Shown here piece by piece: positions 35,468 through 49,605 of a stretch of DNA of 64,000 bases. How positions within the stretch are numbered: the first letter of the stretch is position 1; each line of letters begins with the position of its first letter. Source of the DNA: Rhizophagus irregularis (Eukaryota); NCBI RefSeq assembly GCF_026210795.1, contig NC_089435.1, forward strand, positions 2,852,001-2,916,000. The letters run 5' to 3'. The position numbers were made by a program, and so were the translations under genes. Below the pieces are notes generated by a model, which had not been told where the DNA came from, did not search any database, and saw nothing but the letters and a program-made list of their open reading frames with translations.

Positions 35468-37896
35468 ATTTTTTTTTTGTTTGCAAAAGAATTAAACCTC
35501 TAACGGCGTAAGATTTTTGGGAATAATATTTTCGTTTAAATATAAGTTTGTACAACTGCAAGTTGGCGTAAATTTACATTGTCCTTATCTAGTATGATTT
35601 GTGCAACCAAACAGTTGTACATCATTATTCAATGATATCATTACTAATATTGTGGCGTAGTATCAAAGCGTTGATGGAATAAAATTTGTAAGTCCATCAC
35701 AAAATCAATTCTGAATAATTAATTGTTACAAAAAAAAAAATAAATTTCTCATCACCAAGAATACCATCATGCGAATGTATTATTACAGAAGATTATATCA
35801 TAATTTAAAAAAAATTTCCATTATCAAATCTATTGTTACAAAAAAAAAATATTCTTATCACCAAAGCCTATTGTTATTACTGAAAAAAGGTATAGAACTA
35901 TTACTTAATAGTATTAGAATGGCGCCAGTTACAAGGAAGCAAAAAAAAAGTAAATTTTTTTTATAACCGGAAACTAACTATTACTAATTAATATTAGTAA
36001 ATGTCAGTTACCGAACATAAAGAAAGGGCAAAGTCCGATCTATTGTTGGAAAAAAAATTTTAATGAAAAAAAAAAATCTGATCCGTTGTTAAAAAAATTT
36101 CTAAATTAAAAAAAATCCTAAAAAAAAAATAAAAAAATAACTAAACGATCTATTAAAAAAAAAATAATAATAAAGATTAAAAAAATTACTAAATCGATCT
36201 ATCGTTAAATTGTTTAATAAAAAAAAATTACTACTAACCTAATATGGAATAGATTAGCATGGCAGATCATGTGTTTCATATAAATTATTTATATACGGTG
36301 ACCAAATTTTTTTAGTTATATAGATTATACTGTACGTAAGTATTATATAAATATGTAATAATAGAATTAAATAAATAAACTTACTCCCTATATTATTAAA
36401 TAATTTTTTTGAATAAAGAATTTAGTTAATTTAAAATTATCATATAAATATATATAATAAAAACTAAGCAAACAATTTATAACTTACAATCTATATTATT
36501 AAATAATTAAAATAGTTAGTTTAAATCATATGTAAATATTATACTATATGTATTAAGTAAATAATTGACTTTTAGCTTACCAACTATAATAAATTATCAA
36601 ATAATTTTTAAATAGTAGTAAAGAATATATAGTTAATTATGATTATCATACAGACCATTAAATTTATATAAGCAAAAATTAAGAGACACAAAAATTTTCT
36701 TTCTTAGTAAATGGTAACCCAATATAAATTACTACAAACGAAAATTATTCCTTTATAATAGACATGCGTGATATTATTTATTAATAGAATCTCAAATACA
36801 CTATTAATAATGCTGTAACCATCCAGACACCCACTCGGCCAGCAAATGTATACATTGAAAGAATCTGTTTATTCATTTATTAGAAACTATAAAATCATTA
36901 ACTTTAAACTGCTATGTAAAAATTAATATCCTATATAAATACTATTTAAATCATTTTTCATATATACGATAGAATACCCCACTAATTAGCACATAGTAAA
37001 ACTTAGTTTTTCTGAAACTTTAGTGTCTTGAGCGCCATATTCAGTTGTCTCATTCAGTTAATCCAGTTAATTACGAAAAATAGATAGAGGATTGTAAGAG
37101 ACTTTTTAGTAAAACAAGAATTATTTTAATACTTAACTTCTTATAAGCATTAAAATAAGTATATCTTATTCATTAACCAATAAAATTAATAATATAAACG
37201 TATATAAAGCGGACGTGACACGCATGTCGTATATAGACGCTTCCCTTCAGTAAATACCTGATATGTCATGATGTTTTAAAATGGAAAACTTATAAATTAT
37301 AAAAGATTTTTCATATCAGAGAAGCAACTTATTATAAGTTAAACTTTTTATGAAAGTTAAGCATTCAACTTTTGATTATTTTAGATAGTTATCATTAAAA
37401 AAGAAATATTATGAATATTTTTTATATTACAATTTTTAACATATATAATGTTAGTTTATCAATTTATCTTTCTTCTATCAATCCTTATCTACATTAAAAT
37501 CTAAATTTATAATTAAATTTGTCTAATATTAGTAATATATATTTAATAGTTACAGTATTTACGATCATCGTTAATTGCTGCGTCTTTAGGCAATTTATGC
37601 AAATAATAATTTTTTTTTTTTTGAAATCCTTTAAAATAAATGGTAAAGTTGGATTAATTAATTTAAAAAAATTGAAATCAAAAAATAAAAGTTTAAATCA
37701 ATTAAATTTTCGATGTATCGGAAAAAAATTTTTCCTTAACAATGAAAATCACAAATCATTTGACTAGACTAATTAGGTTTGAGTACAGGAGTACATACGC
37801 AGTCATTGTTACACATGATTGACTTTATAAGTAGACCGTTCCGAAAATTTTTTTTTTTAAATTTATTTAAAAAAGTTTACAATAATATATTTCATT

Positions 37897-40187
37897 ATGT
37901 CTGCTATTAGAAAAGATTTAATTTATACTACACATATCAAAGCACGTGCACTAACGGATTATAATATTCACAAAGATATGCACAAACAATTTGAATTTCA
38001 AAAACAAACAATTCTTGCTGATGAATTACTTACAAAAGATGAAAAATCCGAAGCAATAAGAATTTTGACTGCAAATTATGATAGAGGCAAACTTGTTTAT
38101 AATAAAGGAACAAGAAGAGTTTGTGAAAATTGTAACCAAAAATGTTTAGCTACATTATATTGTGAATATTGTGTTCGAAATTATTTAAAAAATAATTTTT
38201 CAAATTGGACATCTGGAAATGATGATATTGATAATTTAATACAAGAATGTCAGATGAAAACATTTGACCCGAATGTCATAATTGAATGGATTCCATATGA
38301 TAATTTAAAAAATACTAAATATTTAACAAAAGGTGGATATTCTGAAATTTATACGGCAGAATGGGTTGATGGATGTTATTATGAATGGGATTCTAATCAA
38401 CAACAATTAAAAAGATTTGGAGGGCAGTATGTAGTGCTTAAAAGATTAGAAAATGTTGAAAGTGCAAATAAACGTTGGTTTGAAGAGGTTTGTAATCTAA
38501 AAATGGTATAGCAATTTTTCATTTAAAATTTTTATAATATTTCTTTATTTTATAGGCTAATTCGCATTTAAATATATGTAATAAATGGTCAGATGCGATT
38601 GTCAAATGTGTTGGTTTAACAAAAGATCCATTAAATGGAGATTATATGCTTGTAATGAATAAATTGGATGCAGATTTAAGAAAATATTTACAACAAAATC
38701 ATAATCAACTTACATGGAAAGAAAGAATTCAAATGGCTGATAGCATAATAATGGCACTTTCACGAGTTCATAAAGAGAATGCGATTCATAGAGATTTGCA
38801 TTCTGGAAATATATTATTCCAATTTGGTGGAATATTTAATATTAGTGATCTTGGATTTTGTGGACCTGCAGATAAACCATTAAAGAGTGTATATGGAAAT
38901 CTTCCTTACGTTGCACCGGAAGTTATTGCAGGAAAATTAACTACTTTTAAATCTGATATTTATAGTATTGGCATACTTATGTGGGAAATTTCATCTGGAC
39001 AACCACCATTTATTAATTGCGAACATGATTATAATCTTGCAATGAATATTGTTAATGGTATAAGACCAAAAATTGTATCAGGAACTCCTTTAGAATATAA
39101 AACTTTAATGATACGATGTTGGGATGCCAATCCATCGAATAGACCAGACATTAAAACACTTAGAAAAAGAATAAGAGAACTTAATTTAGACTACCAAAAT
39201 AAACCAAATGAATTATTAACTCAAATAGAAGAAGATAATAGTTCGGAAATAAGTGGTTTAGAAAAATATACTAATAGTAGCAGATGCTCTACGAGTAAAG
39301 TTCATCAATTTGAAAATCTTCCTGAACCAAGAAATGCAACAGAAGGTATTATTGAAATTTGCTATTTGATTTTTAATTTATATGGTTGATATTAATAATT
39401 AAAATCTTACTTATTTAATTAAATAATAATGCAGAAGAACAAGAAGGTATGAATTAAACATTACAATTTATATATATTTTTTATTTTAAAATAATTAAAT
39501 AATAAATTATTCTCTTTTATTAGCATTTCACAGTAATAAATCATATAACTTTCATATTCCCAATAATAGTAAGTATATTAGACATGTTAATAGAATAAGA
39601 TTCTTTATTTGATTTATTTTATCTATCATTAGTTGATGATTTTGATAAGTTGAATAATCAGAAGAATGGTTCAAAAATAATTAGCATTTTTAAAGGTAAT
39701 TTATAAACATATTTAATATTAGGTCTTTAGTGGATAATAAAAAAATTAATATTTTAATTTTAAACTTTTCAGTTGGTAGTAAAAAATTATCCAAAGTATT
39801 CAAAAAGAATTCAAAAAATGGCAAGTAGAATAATTAATATTAAATTTAATTGTTTAATATTAAACATAGCATTATTTTAATTTTTAGATATTCAAGAAAC
39901 AATGCAACAACAAATAAAAAAATATCATGATAATATTGACGGTATGTAATATAATTATTTAAACTGATTATAATAATTATAATAATGATTAATTTAATAC
40001 TTTCTAAATAATTATTTTATTTGTAGATGATGAAATACATAACAATCCAAATCTTCATTCGGAAGAACAAGACGAATTGGAACTTCCGGATAGTAAGAAT
40101 TCTTTATTTTTAAATTTGAAATTTTAATTAATTTAAAAAATCACTACTAAAGTCTTTTTTAATAAAATTTTAGATATAGATACATGA
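37897..40187 (+). CDS. Tyrosine-kinase-like (TKL) protein kinase, multi-exon
   Basis: Exon 1 37897-38487, exon 2 from 38556, then several micro-exons to TGA at 40185-40187. Motifs GGYSEIY, VVLK, HRDLHSGN, DLG, GNLPYVAPE and SDIYSIG are intact. Confidence 0.9.
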
Positions 40188-40783
40188 TAACGCTATCTGC
40201 TAGTATATAACATTATTATTACACATAAAGTATTTTTATATAAATTATTTAAATTCTAGGACTAGAGTAGTAAGATTAAATATTTCTTAGTTGTAATTTA
40301 AATAATTTATTTATTTTATTTATTTTGTTTTTATATTATAACTTATCGATAAATTACTTTATAAAATTATTCAATTACTTATATATTATGATTAGAATTT
40401 TAGATGATTTTACTGAGAAGAATTGACATAATGAGCCTTTAATATTTATCTGAGAAATATGTTTAAATAGCATATACTGTATATCATCAAGTCGTGAAAA
40501 TCACTGAAATTTTTATGAATTATGAAATCATATTGTAATATTATCTAATAAACACCGTATTATAATATATTTAAACATATATTTTTTTGATAATTTATAA
40601 TAAAATTTGGAGTTTGAAAATTTTTTTTATAGTTCACACTTTAATTTCGATATTATATTAAAATTTTATGAGTGATATAATGAATAAGCTATAACAATTT
40701 TCTTAACTGTCTGTATTTTGTTTATTTATTATTAGTTTCAAAATAGCGTTCAAAATCATATTTTTTTTGTTGCTTCATCAATT

Positions 40784-42319
40784 TCTAACTAAAGATTATT
40801 ATTAAAAAATTGGTTATAGCGTGTTAAGAAACAGAAGGCTGCTAGCGAGCGGCAAGTAGTAAGTAACGGAAATTGGCTAAGTAAGTAACGTAAAATTACT
40901 GTTTTAGGTCAATTTACGTTACTCCCCTTATATAAGGCACGGAACGTAAAGTCAATTATATTTACTTTACGTTACTCCCTTATATAAGGTACAGAATGTA
41001 AGGCAAATTTAAAAATCGGTTTATAAACTTAAAATTTTATTGCGAAAATATTTTAAAATGTTTTTTGCAAACACATTTATTCAAAATGATCGATTTATTT
41101 AATGAAATTTTATTTGCAAAATGCAAATATTAAATTTAAGTCACACATCTTCGATTTTAACGAAAAAAATCACTGTATTTATTTTAATGTAGTGATACAA
41201 ATAAAAAAAACAATAACAATAATTAAAAAAGAAATGATCAAGGAGAAAAATGCTAATAAAAAAATGAAATAACAATGGAGTAATGGAAAATAATAGAAGA
41301 AGAAAGGGAGTAAAAAAGAGTAATGAGAAGTGATAGGAAACAAAAAGGAAAAATAGGACATGATGGATGATGAAAAAGAGTGATGAGAGACGAAAAGGAG
41401 TGAGTGGAAGACAAAAAGGAGTGAGTGGAGACAAAAAGGAGTGAGTGGAGACAAAAAGGAGTGAGTGGAGACGAAGAGGAGTGAGTGGAGACGAAGAGGA
41501 GTGATGGGAGACGAAGAGGAGTGATGGGAGATGAAGAGAAGTGATGGGAGACGAAGAGGAGTGATTGGAGACGAAGAGGAGTGATGGGAGACGAAGAGGA
41601 GTGATGGGAGACGAAAAGGAGTGATGGGAGACGAAGAGGAGTGGTGAGAAACGAAAAGGAGTGATGGGAGTGATGGGAAACGAAAAGAAGTGATGAGAGA
41701 CAAAAAAAAATGATGGGAAGTAAACAGGAGAGAAAAAGAAATAATGGAAAATGAAAAGATGTAATAGGAGATGAATAATGAGAAGTAATATGAGGTGAAA
41801 ATGATGAGACTTTAATGTTATTTTCCAGTATGTGTTGCATTCTCAATAACAATTAATAAATCACAAGGGCAAACTCTGAGCGGTTGGTGTTTATCTACCT
41901 GAACCTGTCTTTATACATGAGCAATTATATGTTACCTTCTCAAGAGTAACTGTATATACTGTATATCAACATATTTAGGTTTTTATAGATAATGGTGAGA
42001 ACTGCAAGACAAGAAACATTGAATACTGTGAAATATTTCATTCTATAAATAGAATTCACATTTAAAAATAACGTTTTGTATGTATAACAATACAACAATA
42101 TTTCATATGTAATATTTTATATATAACATTCATAGACAATTCACTTTTATTAGTATAAATATGTAAATTATATAAATTTATTAGATTATTTTCTTCTAAC
42201 CTTATCATACTGTAAATAATATTATTAAAATACTACGCCTATTTCTAAAATATAGCCATATCATTGTTACTTTTCTGGGCAAGTTTTATTCCCGGCGCAG
42301 CGCGACGGGTTACACCTAG
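40784..42319 (+). mobile_element. Non-autonomous Helitron-like element (5' end approximate)
   Basis: The 3' end has a GC-rich hairpin CCCGGCGCAGCGCGACGGG (42291-42309) followed by CTAG|T (42316-42320). Candidate 5' TCTAAC at 40784. Repeated TTACGTTACTCCC(C)TTATATAAGG near the 5' end. Internal minisatellite. Confidence 0.6.
41380..41700. repeat. 20-bp minisatellite (~16 units; GTGATGGGAGACGAAGAGGA / GTGAGTGGAGACAAAAAGGA)
   Basis: Directly visible tandem array. It explains the three overlapping low-complexity minus-strand ORFs. Confidence 0.95.
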
Positions 42320-43109
42320 TTTTAATATAATAAATTTTATAGTGAAAGGGATCATAAAAATATTTAAACAAAATTTCTTTGTATTTTTTTTTTTTATTAA
42401 AAACTATTTTTTACTTTTTTTTTCTTGTACTAAAAAAACCGTGAAAATTTTTTCCAAGATAAATGTTGTACAAAATAAATCTGACCAATAAAATTCATCA
42501 AGTCACGTAACCGGAATTTTTTTGGCAGTTTTTTTTTTTTATAAAATCATTCTCCTTCCAAAGTTATATTGAATCATTTATAATTTTTCAGTTCATTAAG
42601 AAATAATTTGAATATAATATTTTTTTAAAAGTGATCAAATAATAATTTTAAAATATTCATCATGCAATCTATTAAGCTTTGACAAATGGTTATTTAAAGT
42701 ATGAATGATTTTTATATTTGTTGTGATCCCTTATCCATTATATGCTCTTTCTCATAAAGAAGCCGAATTGCTTTTATACTTTACTAGGAAACGGAAAACT
42801 GTTGTAAAGTTCGTAATGCAAATATTTATTTGTACAAAATATGGAAAACGTCATCGCGTACGAACAGGACAAACTTCGCATGTGATCTTATTAATGATTA
42901 CTATGTTGTTATACTCTAAACTAATAAAATTTTAAACTTTGCATTGTGAATCAAAAAATATCTGAAGGACAAAATATTAAATTGGTAAGTCTAATTTGCA
43001 AATATGGAAATCAATTTGTCATCTGATTGTCATCCAACATTAAATTGATGCAACAATTTTAAAAAAAAAATTTTTTCTCTGTATTTGCTCACTTTCGCAA
43101 TTGTTAAAA

Positions 43110-44628
43110 ATGTCCAAGCAATTTTTTTCAAGTTTAAGCAAAAATTTTATTGAAATTTTGAAAGATGATGAATATTATGATATTACTATCGAAGTTGGCG
43201 AAGATCCGAATGTAAAAATATTTCGTGCACATATGATTGTCTTGTGTTACCGTTCTCCATTTTTACGAAGAATTTTGGCTTTCAATAAAAAAAATGATAA
43301 TGGTGTCTTAGCTCACATTAAGTTGTCAAATATCTCTCCAGAAATTTTTCAGATTATTTTAAAGTAAGTTATATTTACAATAACTGAAAGTTTGTTAATG
43401 TTTTAACTTAACGTAAATTTTATGTAATATCATAGATATATTTATGGTGGTATCATTTCTTTAAATGAACAAGAACCTTCAGAAACTTTAAAAATTTTGG
43501 TTGCTGCTGATGAACTTCATCTTCAAGAACTAGTAGATTATTTACAAAAATATTTAATTGAAAATAAAGTTGAATGGATGGAACAACATTTTGGACTTGT
43601 TTATCAAACAGGGATTCAGCATAATTCGTTATTAGAACTTCAAAATTTTTGTACAAATTACATGACTAAATTACCTCATAAAGTACTCAAGTCATTTGAT
43701 TTTATTTCACTTTCTGAAAAATCTTTGATTTCACTTATAAAAAGAGATGATTTACAAATGAAAGAAAGTTGAAGTTTGGGATCATGTATTAAAATGGGGT
43801 CTTGAGAAAAATCCTACACTTCTTCCGGATCCTACAACTTGGTCAGATGATGATTTTAAAATAATGGAAAATACTTTGCAACATTATTTACCTTTAATCA
43901 GGTCCTTCAGTTTATCTTCCGACGAATTTATGCAAAAACTTCATCCATATAAGAAACTTTTAAAGCATCAACTATATGAAGAATTGTTGAATTCATACTT
44001 AAATTCTAGTAGTGAACCAAATGATAATATTTTACTTCCAAGGTATAGAAATATTGATGGAATCATTGATTCAAATATTGTTAATTTAAACATCATAGCT
44101 TTAATTTCTAGATGGATTGATAAAATTGATATTAATAGTAAGTTTTCTTATACAAGAGAATTTTATTTACCATACAAATTTTAATTATTATTAAGAGGAA
44201 GTCGAAATGGATTTACTCCTGAAAGGTTTCATAAATTATATGATAATAAATTTTTTACTGTAACATTTATTAAAGTGAAAGGAACGGAAGAAATTATTGG
44301 AGGATATAATCCATCAGTATGAAAATCAGCTGGTGACTATAGTAAAGCCAAAGATAGTTTTATATTTTCTTTTAAAAGTAAAGATAACTTCAAAGATTCA
44401 ATTTTAAGCTATATAAAAGATTATAATAAGGCTTTGTATTTTTGTTCTAATTATGGTCCCACATTTGATAATGATCTTGACATTTATGTGGATGATGGAT
44501 GTGATAATAAAAATTATGATTATATTTGATGTAAACAACAAAATTATGAAAAAAAGATAAGAGAAACAGAAGATGAATTTTTGATAGATGATTATGAAGT
44601 ATTCCAAATTTTAAAAAGAAATCATTAA
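43110..44628 (+). pseudogene. BTB/POZ-BACK-TLDc pseudogene
   Basis: BTB motif YYDITIEVGEDPNVKIFRAH and TLDc motifs LLRGSRNGF and IIGGYNP. Frameshift at ~43768; in-frame stops at ~44182, ~44320 and ~44528. Confidence 0.9.
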
Positions 44629-45917
44629 TATTGTAAGATATTATTTTAATGAGTCACAATAAAAAGATCTTATAATATCTATCAATACATAATATAATAA
44701 AAAAAAGTTGTCTTCAAAAATAAAAGTGGAGAGAAAATTAAAACGGATTGAAATTCATCCAGATCAGATGAAAAATCAATCCGTTTTTATTTTATTTTTT
44801 TTGTATTAAATAATGATTTTCAAATTACTAGATTGTGCATTGGGATGCAGTCTTATAATATATATAAAAAAAAAAATTTAATCTTTCATTAATCAAAATC
44901 CATGTAAGATTGCCAAAATGTGTTCATCCAGATCGTAACTCTAGTTCACTCACTCAATCATCTGCAGAAAATGGAAATCTGGCGTTGCGTCAAATGAAAG
45001 TAAAAAATTATGTGAGAATTTATTTTAGAAAACAAATTATTTGAAACTTTGGGATAAATATTATGTATCAAAATATGTTGGAGTTGAGGAATGGAAAACC
45101 GAATATCGGGAAACTGAAATCATATATGAATTTTTACAGTTGACTCACGGATCACAAAATAAATTTATTTAGTTAAAATAAAAATTAGATTAGTGAAGTT
45201 AGTCTAAACATTTCAAATTTATAGATTATAAATAAAGAATAGATTTTTTATATATGGGACTCTATAGTCATTTATGTAACTTCGAAATTAGAATTTAATT
45301 CAAAATTACTTAAAAATGATTTGTAGCTTAACATATAGAAATGGTAACACTAGGTCTTTATTGGACATTTTCAGCTGTACACTATCAATAAACGGGATCA
45401 AATAAACATAGTTAATAAAATGTTAGCTTTTAGTTAATGTATAAATTTTATAAAATTTTTATGAAAAAGTATTTGTTCGAAATATTAAAACTATGTGCAT
45501 ATAATTAATTATAATTAACGTCTGAAAATTTGATTTTCTGGCTCACAATTTTTTAATGTTCTGTTAATTGATAAAATATTATTATAATTACTTCATGAAA
45601 AGTCGAGATAATAATAATATTTTATTGATTAACAGAACATTAAACATTGTGAGAGCCAGAAATCAAATTTTCAAATACTTTTTTTTATTAAAAATAATGT
45701 TTTAAATTTATATATTAACTGAAAGCTAATATTCTTAATAAATTTGTCTACAAATCTAAATTATTTTTTTTTTATTCATCATTAGCCACCTTTATTTATG
45801 GTGTACAACTGAAAATGTCAAATAAAACCTAGTAATACCATTTAAATTTTAATTTCAAAGTTACATAAATGATTATGAGCCCATATATAAAATATCCATT
45901 TTTTTATTTATAATTTA

Positions 45918-46983
45918 CACAGTGAAATTCGATAAACCGGATCTATCGGTTCCACTAAAAATATCCGGTTTATCAGGATATCCGGTATAGCGAATATATT
46001 AAAAATCTATTATACTGAATTTTTTTGAAAAATTCATGCTAATAAAATTAACACACATTATATTTTAATTTTTTATCTTAGTTTTTAGTCATAGAGGTCA
46101 TGAAAATATATATAAAATATTTTAATTGAATACAGTCAACTCTCGATATACCGAAGTTGCCGTTCAAGACTAAAACTTCGGTATATAGTGATCTTCGGTA
46201 TATCAAATTTTTTTATATACCGAAGTTTATATATTTTTTTAGAAAACTTCGTTATATTAAGATTAAAATCATGTGACTTTATTATGCCGTTACATATTTT
46301 ACGTTTAACAAATTTTACAAATTACTTGTTGCTAACCCAATTATCTAACGATACTTATTGTTTGTGCTTTTTGTAAAAATAACCAATGTTACTTTTCATA
46401 TATTTTAAAGCAGCTAAATGTTTAACTCCAAAGTAACGTTAATACTGAAAAATAAAAATGAGATCATTTGATCATATTAGATATGGTTTGATCTTCGGTA
46501 TAACGAACTTTTTTTTATTATATACTATTATATACGGTAAAAATGAAAACTTCGGTATAATGTTATATAAAATTTTATAGTAAAATCGGTATATCAAAAG
46601 ATTTTAATTATTAATGAAAATGGTTATATAAAAATCTTCGGTATATGGTGATCTTCGGTATATCGTGGCTTCGGTATATCGAGAGTATACTTTAATATAT
46701 AACTTTGGCCGAAATAAGATTTTTATAATTCTGGCCAAAATTAAGATTTACCGCATCACGTTACTTAAATTTTATTGGTTAATGATCACGTGACCCGGTT
46801 TATCGAATCATTTTTACTATAGCTGGTTAGAAAATTGATCCATTTTATCAAATATCGAGCTTTTACTAGTAAACTCCGGTATATCGAAACTATTTTAATA
46901 TACGTGATTTGGTTCCAGCAAAAAAATCCGGTTTAGGCCCAAATCCGGTTTATCGAAGATCCGGTTTATCGAATTTCACTGTG
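45918..46983. mobile_element. Tc1/mariner-pogo-type MITE (outer), TA TSD
   Basis: TA|CACAGTGAAATTCGATAAACCGGATCT...AGATCCGGTTTATCGAATTTCACTGTG|TA. Absent from the opposite palindrome arm (~45222). Confidence 0.9.
46133..46692. mobile_element. pogo/Tigger-type MITE nested in 45918-46983
   Basis: TA|CAGTCAACTCTCGATATACCGAAG...CTTCGGTATATCGAGAGTATACTT|TA, with repeated CTTCGGTATA subterminal motifs. Confidence 0.8.
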
Positions 46984-47065
46984 TATATATTTGAAATGTT
47001 AGGCTAATTCCACACCAATCCAATTTTTATTTTAACTAAATAAATTGAAATAATATCTTATAATA

Positions 47066-48453
47066 TTAATAATCTCTTTTTAAAATTTGGAATACTTCAT
47101 AATCATCTATCAAAAATTTGTCTTCTGTATCTCTTATTTTTTTTCATAACATTGTTGTTTACATCGAATAAAATCATAATTTTTATTAACATGTCCATCT
47201 TTCACACAAATTTCAAGATCATCATCAAATGTGGGACCATAATTGGATACACAGTATAAAGCTTGATTATAATTTTTTACATAACTTAAAATTGGATTTT
47301 TGAAGCTATCCTTATTTTTAAAAGAAAATATAAAACTATCTTTGGATTTACTACATCTACCAAATGGTTTCCATACTGATGGATTATATCCTCCAATAAT
47401 TTCTTCTGTAACTTTTACTTTAATTAATGTTATAGTACAAAGTTTATCATCACATAATCTATGAAACTCATTAGGAGTAAATCCATCTCGACTTCCCTTT
47501 AATAATAATTCAAATTTGTATGGCAAATAAAATTCTCTTGTATAAGAAATTTACTATTAATATCAGTTTTATCAATCTATCTAGAAATTAAAGCTATGAT
47601 GTTTAAATTAACAATTTTTGAATCAATGATTCCATCAATATTTCCATATCTTGGAAGTAAAATATTATCATTTGGTTTACTATTGGAATCCAAATAAGAA
47701 CATATCAATTCTTCATAAAGCTGATCGTTTAGAAGTTTTTTATATGGACGAATTTTTTGTACAAATTCATCAGAAGATAAACTGAAAAACCTAATTAAAG
47801 GTAAACAATGTTGTAAAGTATTTTTCATCATTATGAAGTCATCATCTGACCAAGTTGTAGGATCTGAAAGAAGTGAAAAAATTTTTCAACACCCCATTTT
47901 AATACATGATCCCAAACTTCAACTTCTTTCATTTGTAAATCATCTCTTTTAATGAGGGAAACTAAAGATTCTTCAGGAAGTGAAATAAAGTCAAGTGATT
48001 TAAATACTTTCTCGGGAGATTTAACCATAAAATCTATACAAAATTTTTGAAGTTTCTGAAGGTTCTTGTTTATTTAAAGAAATGATACCACCATAGATAT
48101 ATCTATATTACATAAATTTACGTTAAGATAAAAAAAGTTCGTAATGACAAAAATAAATGACTTATATTATTAACAAACTTTGTTGTAAATATAACTTACT
48201 TTAAAATAATCTGAAAAGTTTCTGGAGAGATATTTGACAGCTTAATGTGAGCTAAGACATGACTATCATTTTTTTTGTTGGAAGCCAAAGTTCTTCGTAA
48301 AAATGGAGAACGATAACACAAGATAATCATATGTGCACGAAATATTTTTACATTCGGATCTTCGCCAACTTCAATAGTAATATCATAATATTCGTCATCT
48401 TTCAAAATTTCAATATAATTTTGACTTAAACTTGAAAAAAATTGCTTGGACAT
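47066..48453 (-). pseudogene. BTB/POZ-BACK-TLDc pseudogene (inverted partner of 43110-44628)
   Basis: Same motifs as its partner. Exon 2 has a deletion between AGAAACTT/AGAACTT microhomologies, plus frameshifts and a TAG at 47577-47579. Confidence 0.9.
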
Positions 48454-49605
48454 TTTTAATAAGTGCGGAAGTGAGCGAATAAAAAGAAAAAAATTTTTTT
48501 TTAAATTGCGCATCAATTTAATATTGGGCGATAATCAGCTGACAAACTGATTTCCATATTTGCAATTAGACTTACCATTTAACACTTTGTTAAATGATTT
48601 ATTGATCACTAATAAGATCACGTGCAAAGCTAATCTGTTGACGTGATGTTTTGCATATTGGTACTTTGCACTATGGACTTTACAACAGCAGTTTTTCGTT
48701 TCTTAGCAAATTATAAAAGCAATTCGGCTTTTTATATGAAATGTACATGGTGGATAGGAGGACTTTTACAAGCACTGCAAATATAATATATTGGTTTTGA
48801 CATTCAAACAATTTCTTAATGAACTAAAAATTATATTGGTTTAATGTAACTTTTGAAAGAGAATGGGTTTATAAAAAGCAAAAATTTCAATAATAATGAG
48901 GTTGAACAATGGTTGAACGTATTAATAATTTTTTAAAACATATACTGTATATTTAAATTAAATGTTCTCATGTTCTCAGTTTTTTTTAATCTTAATCTGA
49001 AAAAATTCCGGGTTTTATCCTATTTTTAATAATAGAATATAAAAGGAGTTTTGTATCATATGTCTCTTTACACCTTTCTGATAATAAAATATCAAAGAAT
49101 ACTTTATATCTCATGTTTCTTGCTCTTTTCTAATAATAAAATATCAAAGAAATTATATCTCATCCTTTATAATAATAAGAAAGCTATTATCTCACGGATT
49201 AAACGAAATGGAAAAAAAGGATGAGGTACGTTAAATGATGGAACGGCCTTAATCTAATTAAACACTGTTCTGATTAATGTCACTAATATTTACGTGAAAT
49301 TGCATGCAAGCGTGTAAAATTATGTCACAATGTCTGCCCGAGTTATTTATGGAGTGATTAATTAAAGTATAAATAATTATTTAAAGCAATTTCCTTTAAT
49401 ACAATGCCAAAGCTTACGTTCATGAAAATGAATGAAAGCTGATCATGATAACATTCCAATGCCATATTGCATCATTTGATAGTAATTTGATATCCGCAGT
49501 TTACATATGCCTTGCTTATTTATGGTTTTTTTTTACGTGCAATGCAACAAAGTAATTTAAACAACTTTTGAATTGCAAATCCTGTTCAAATGGAAGATTT
49601 ATGAC

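Larger units (their letters stand above)
28627..35696. repeat. Segmental tandem duplication, unit B
   Basis: Colinear with ~14031-20539. Its left end (21921-21987) is displaced by the nested transposon stack. Confidence 0.85.
42536..48877. repeat. ~6.3-kb imperfect palindrome (inverted duplication) centred at ~45598
   Basis: Reverse-complement matches: promoter 42536-43109 with 48454-48877; gene 43110-44628 with 47066-48453; spacer 45161-45585 with 45611-45917 plus 46984-47046. Confidence 0.85.

Noticed and set aside
41380..41700. CRISPR-like or telomeric array
   Set aside because: No unique spacers, eukaryotic context, and the unit is not TTAGGG-like.
41141..41852. Three overlapping minus-strand ORFs (97-199 aa)
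   Set aside because: Products of the stop-free 20-bp minisatellite.
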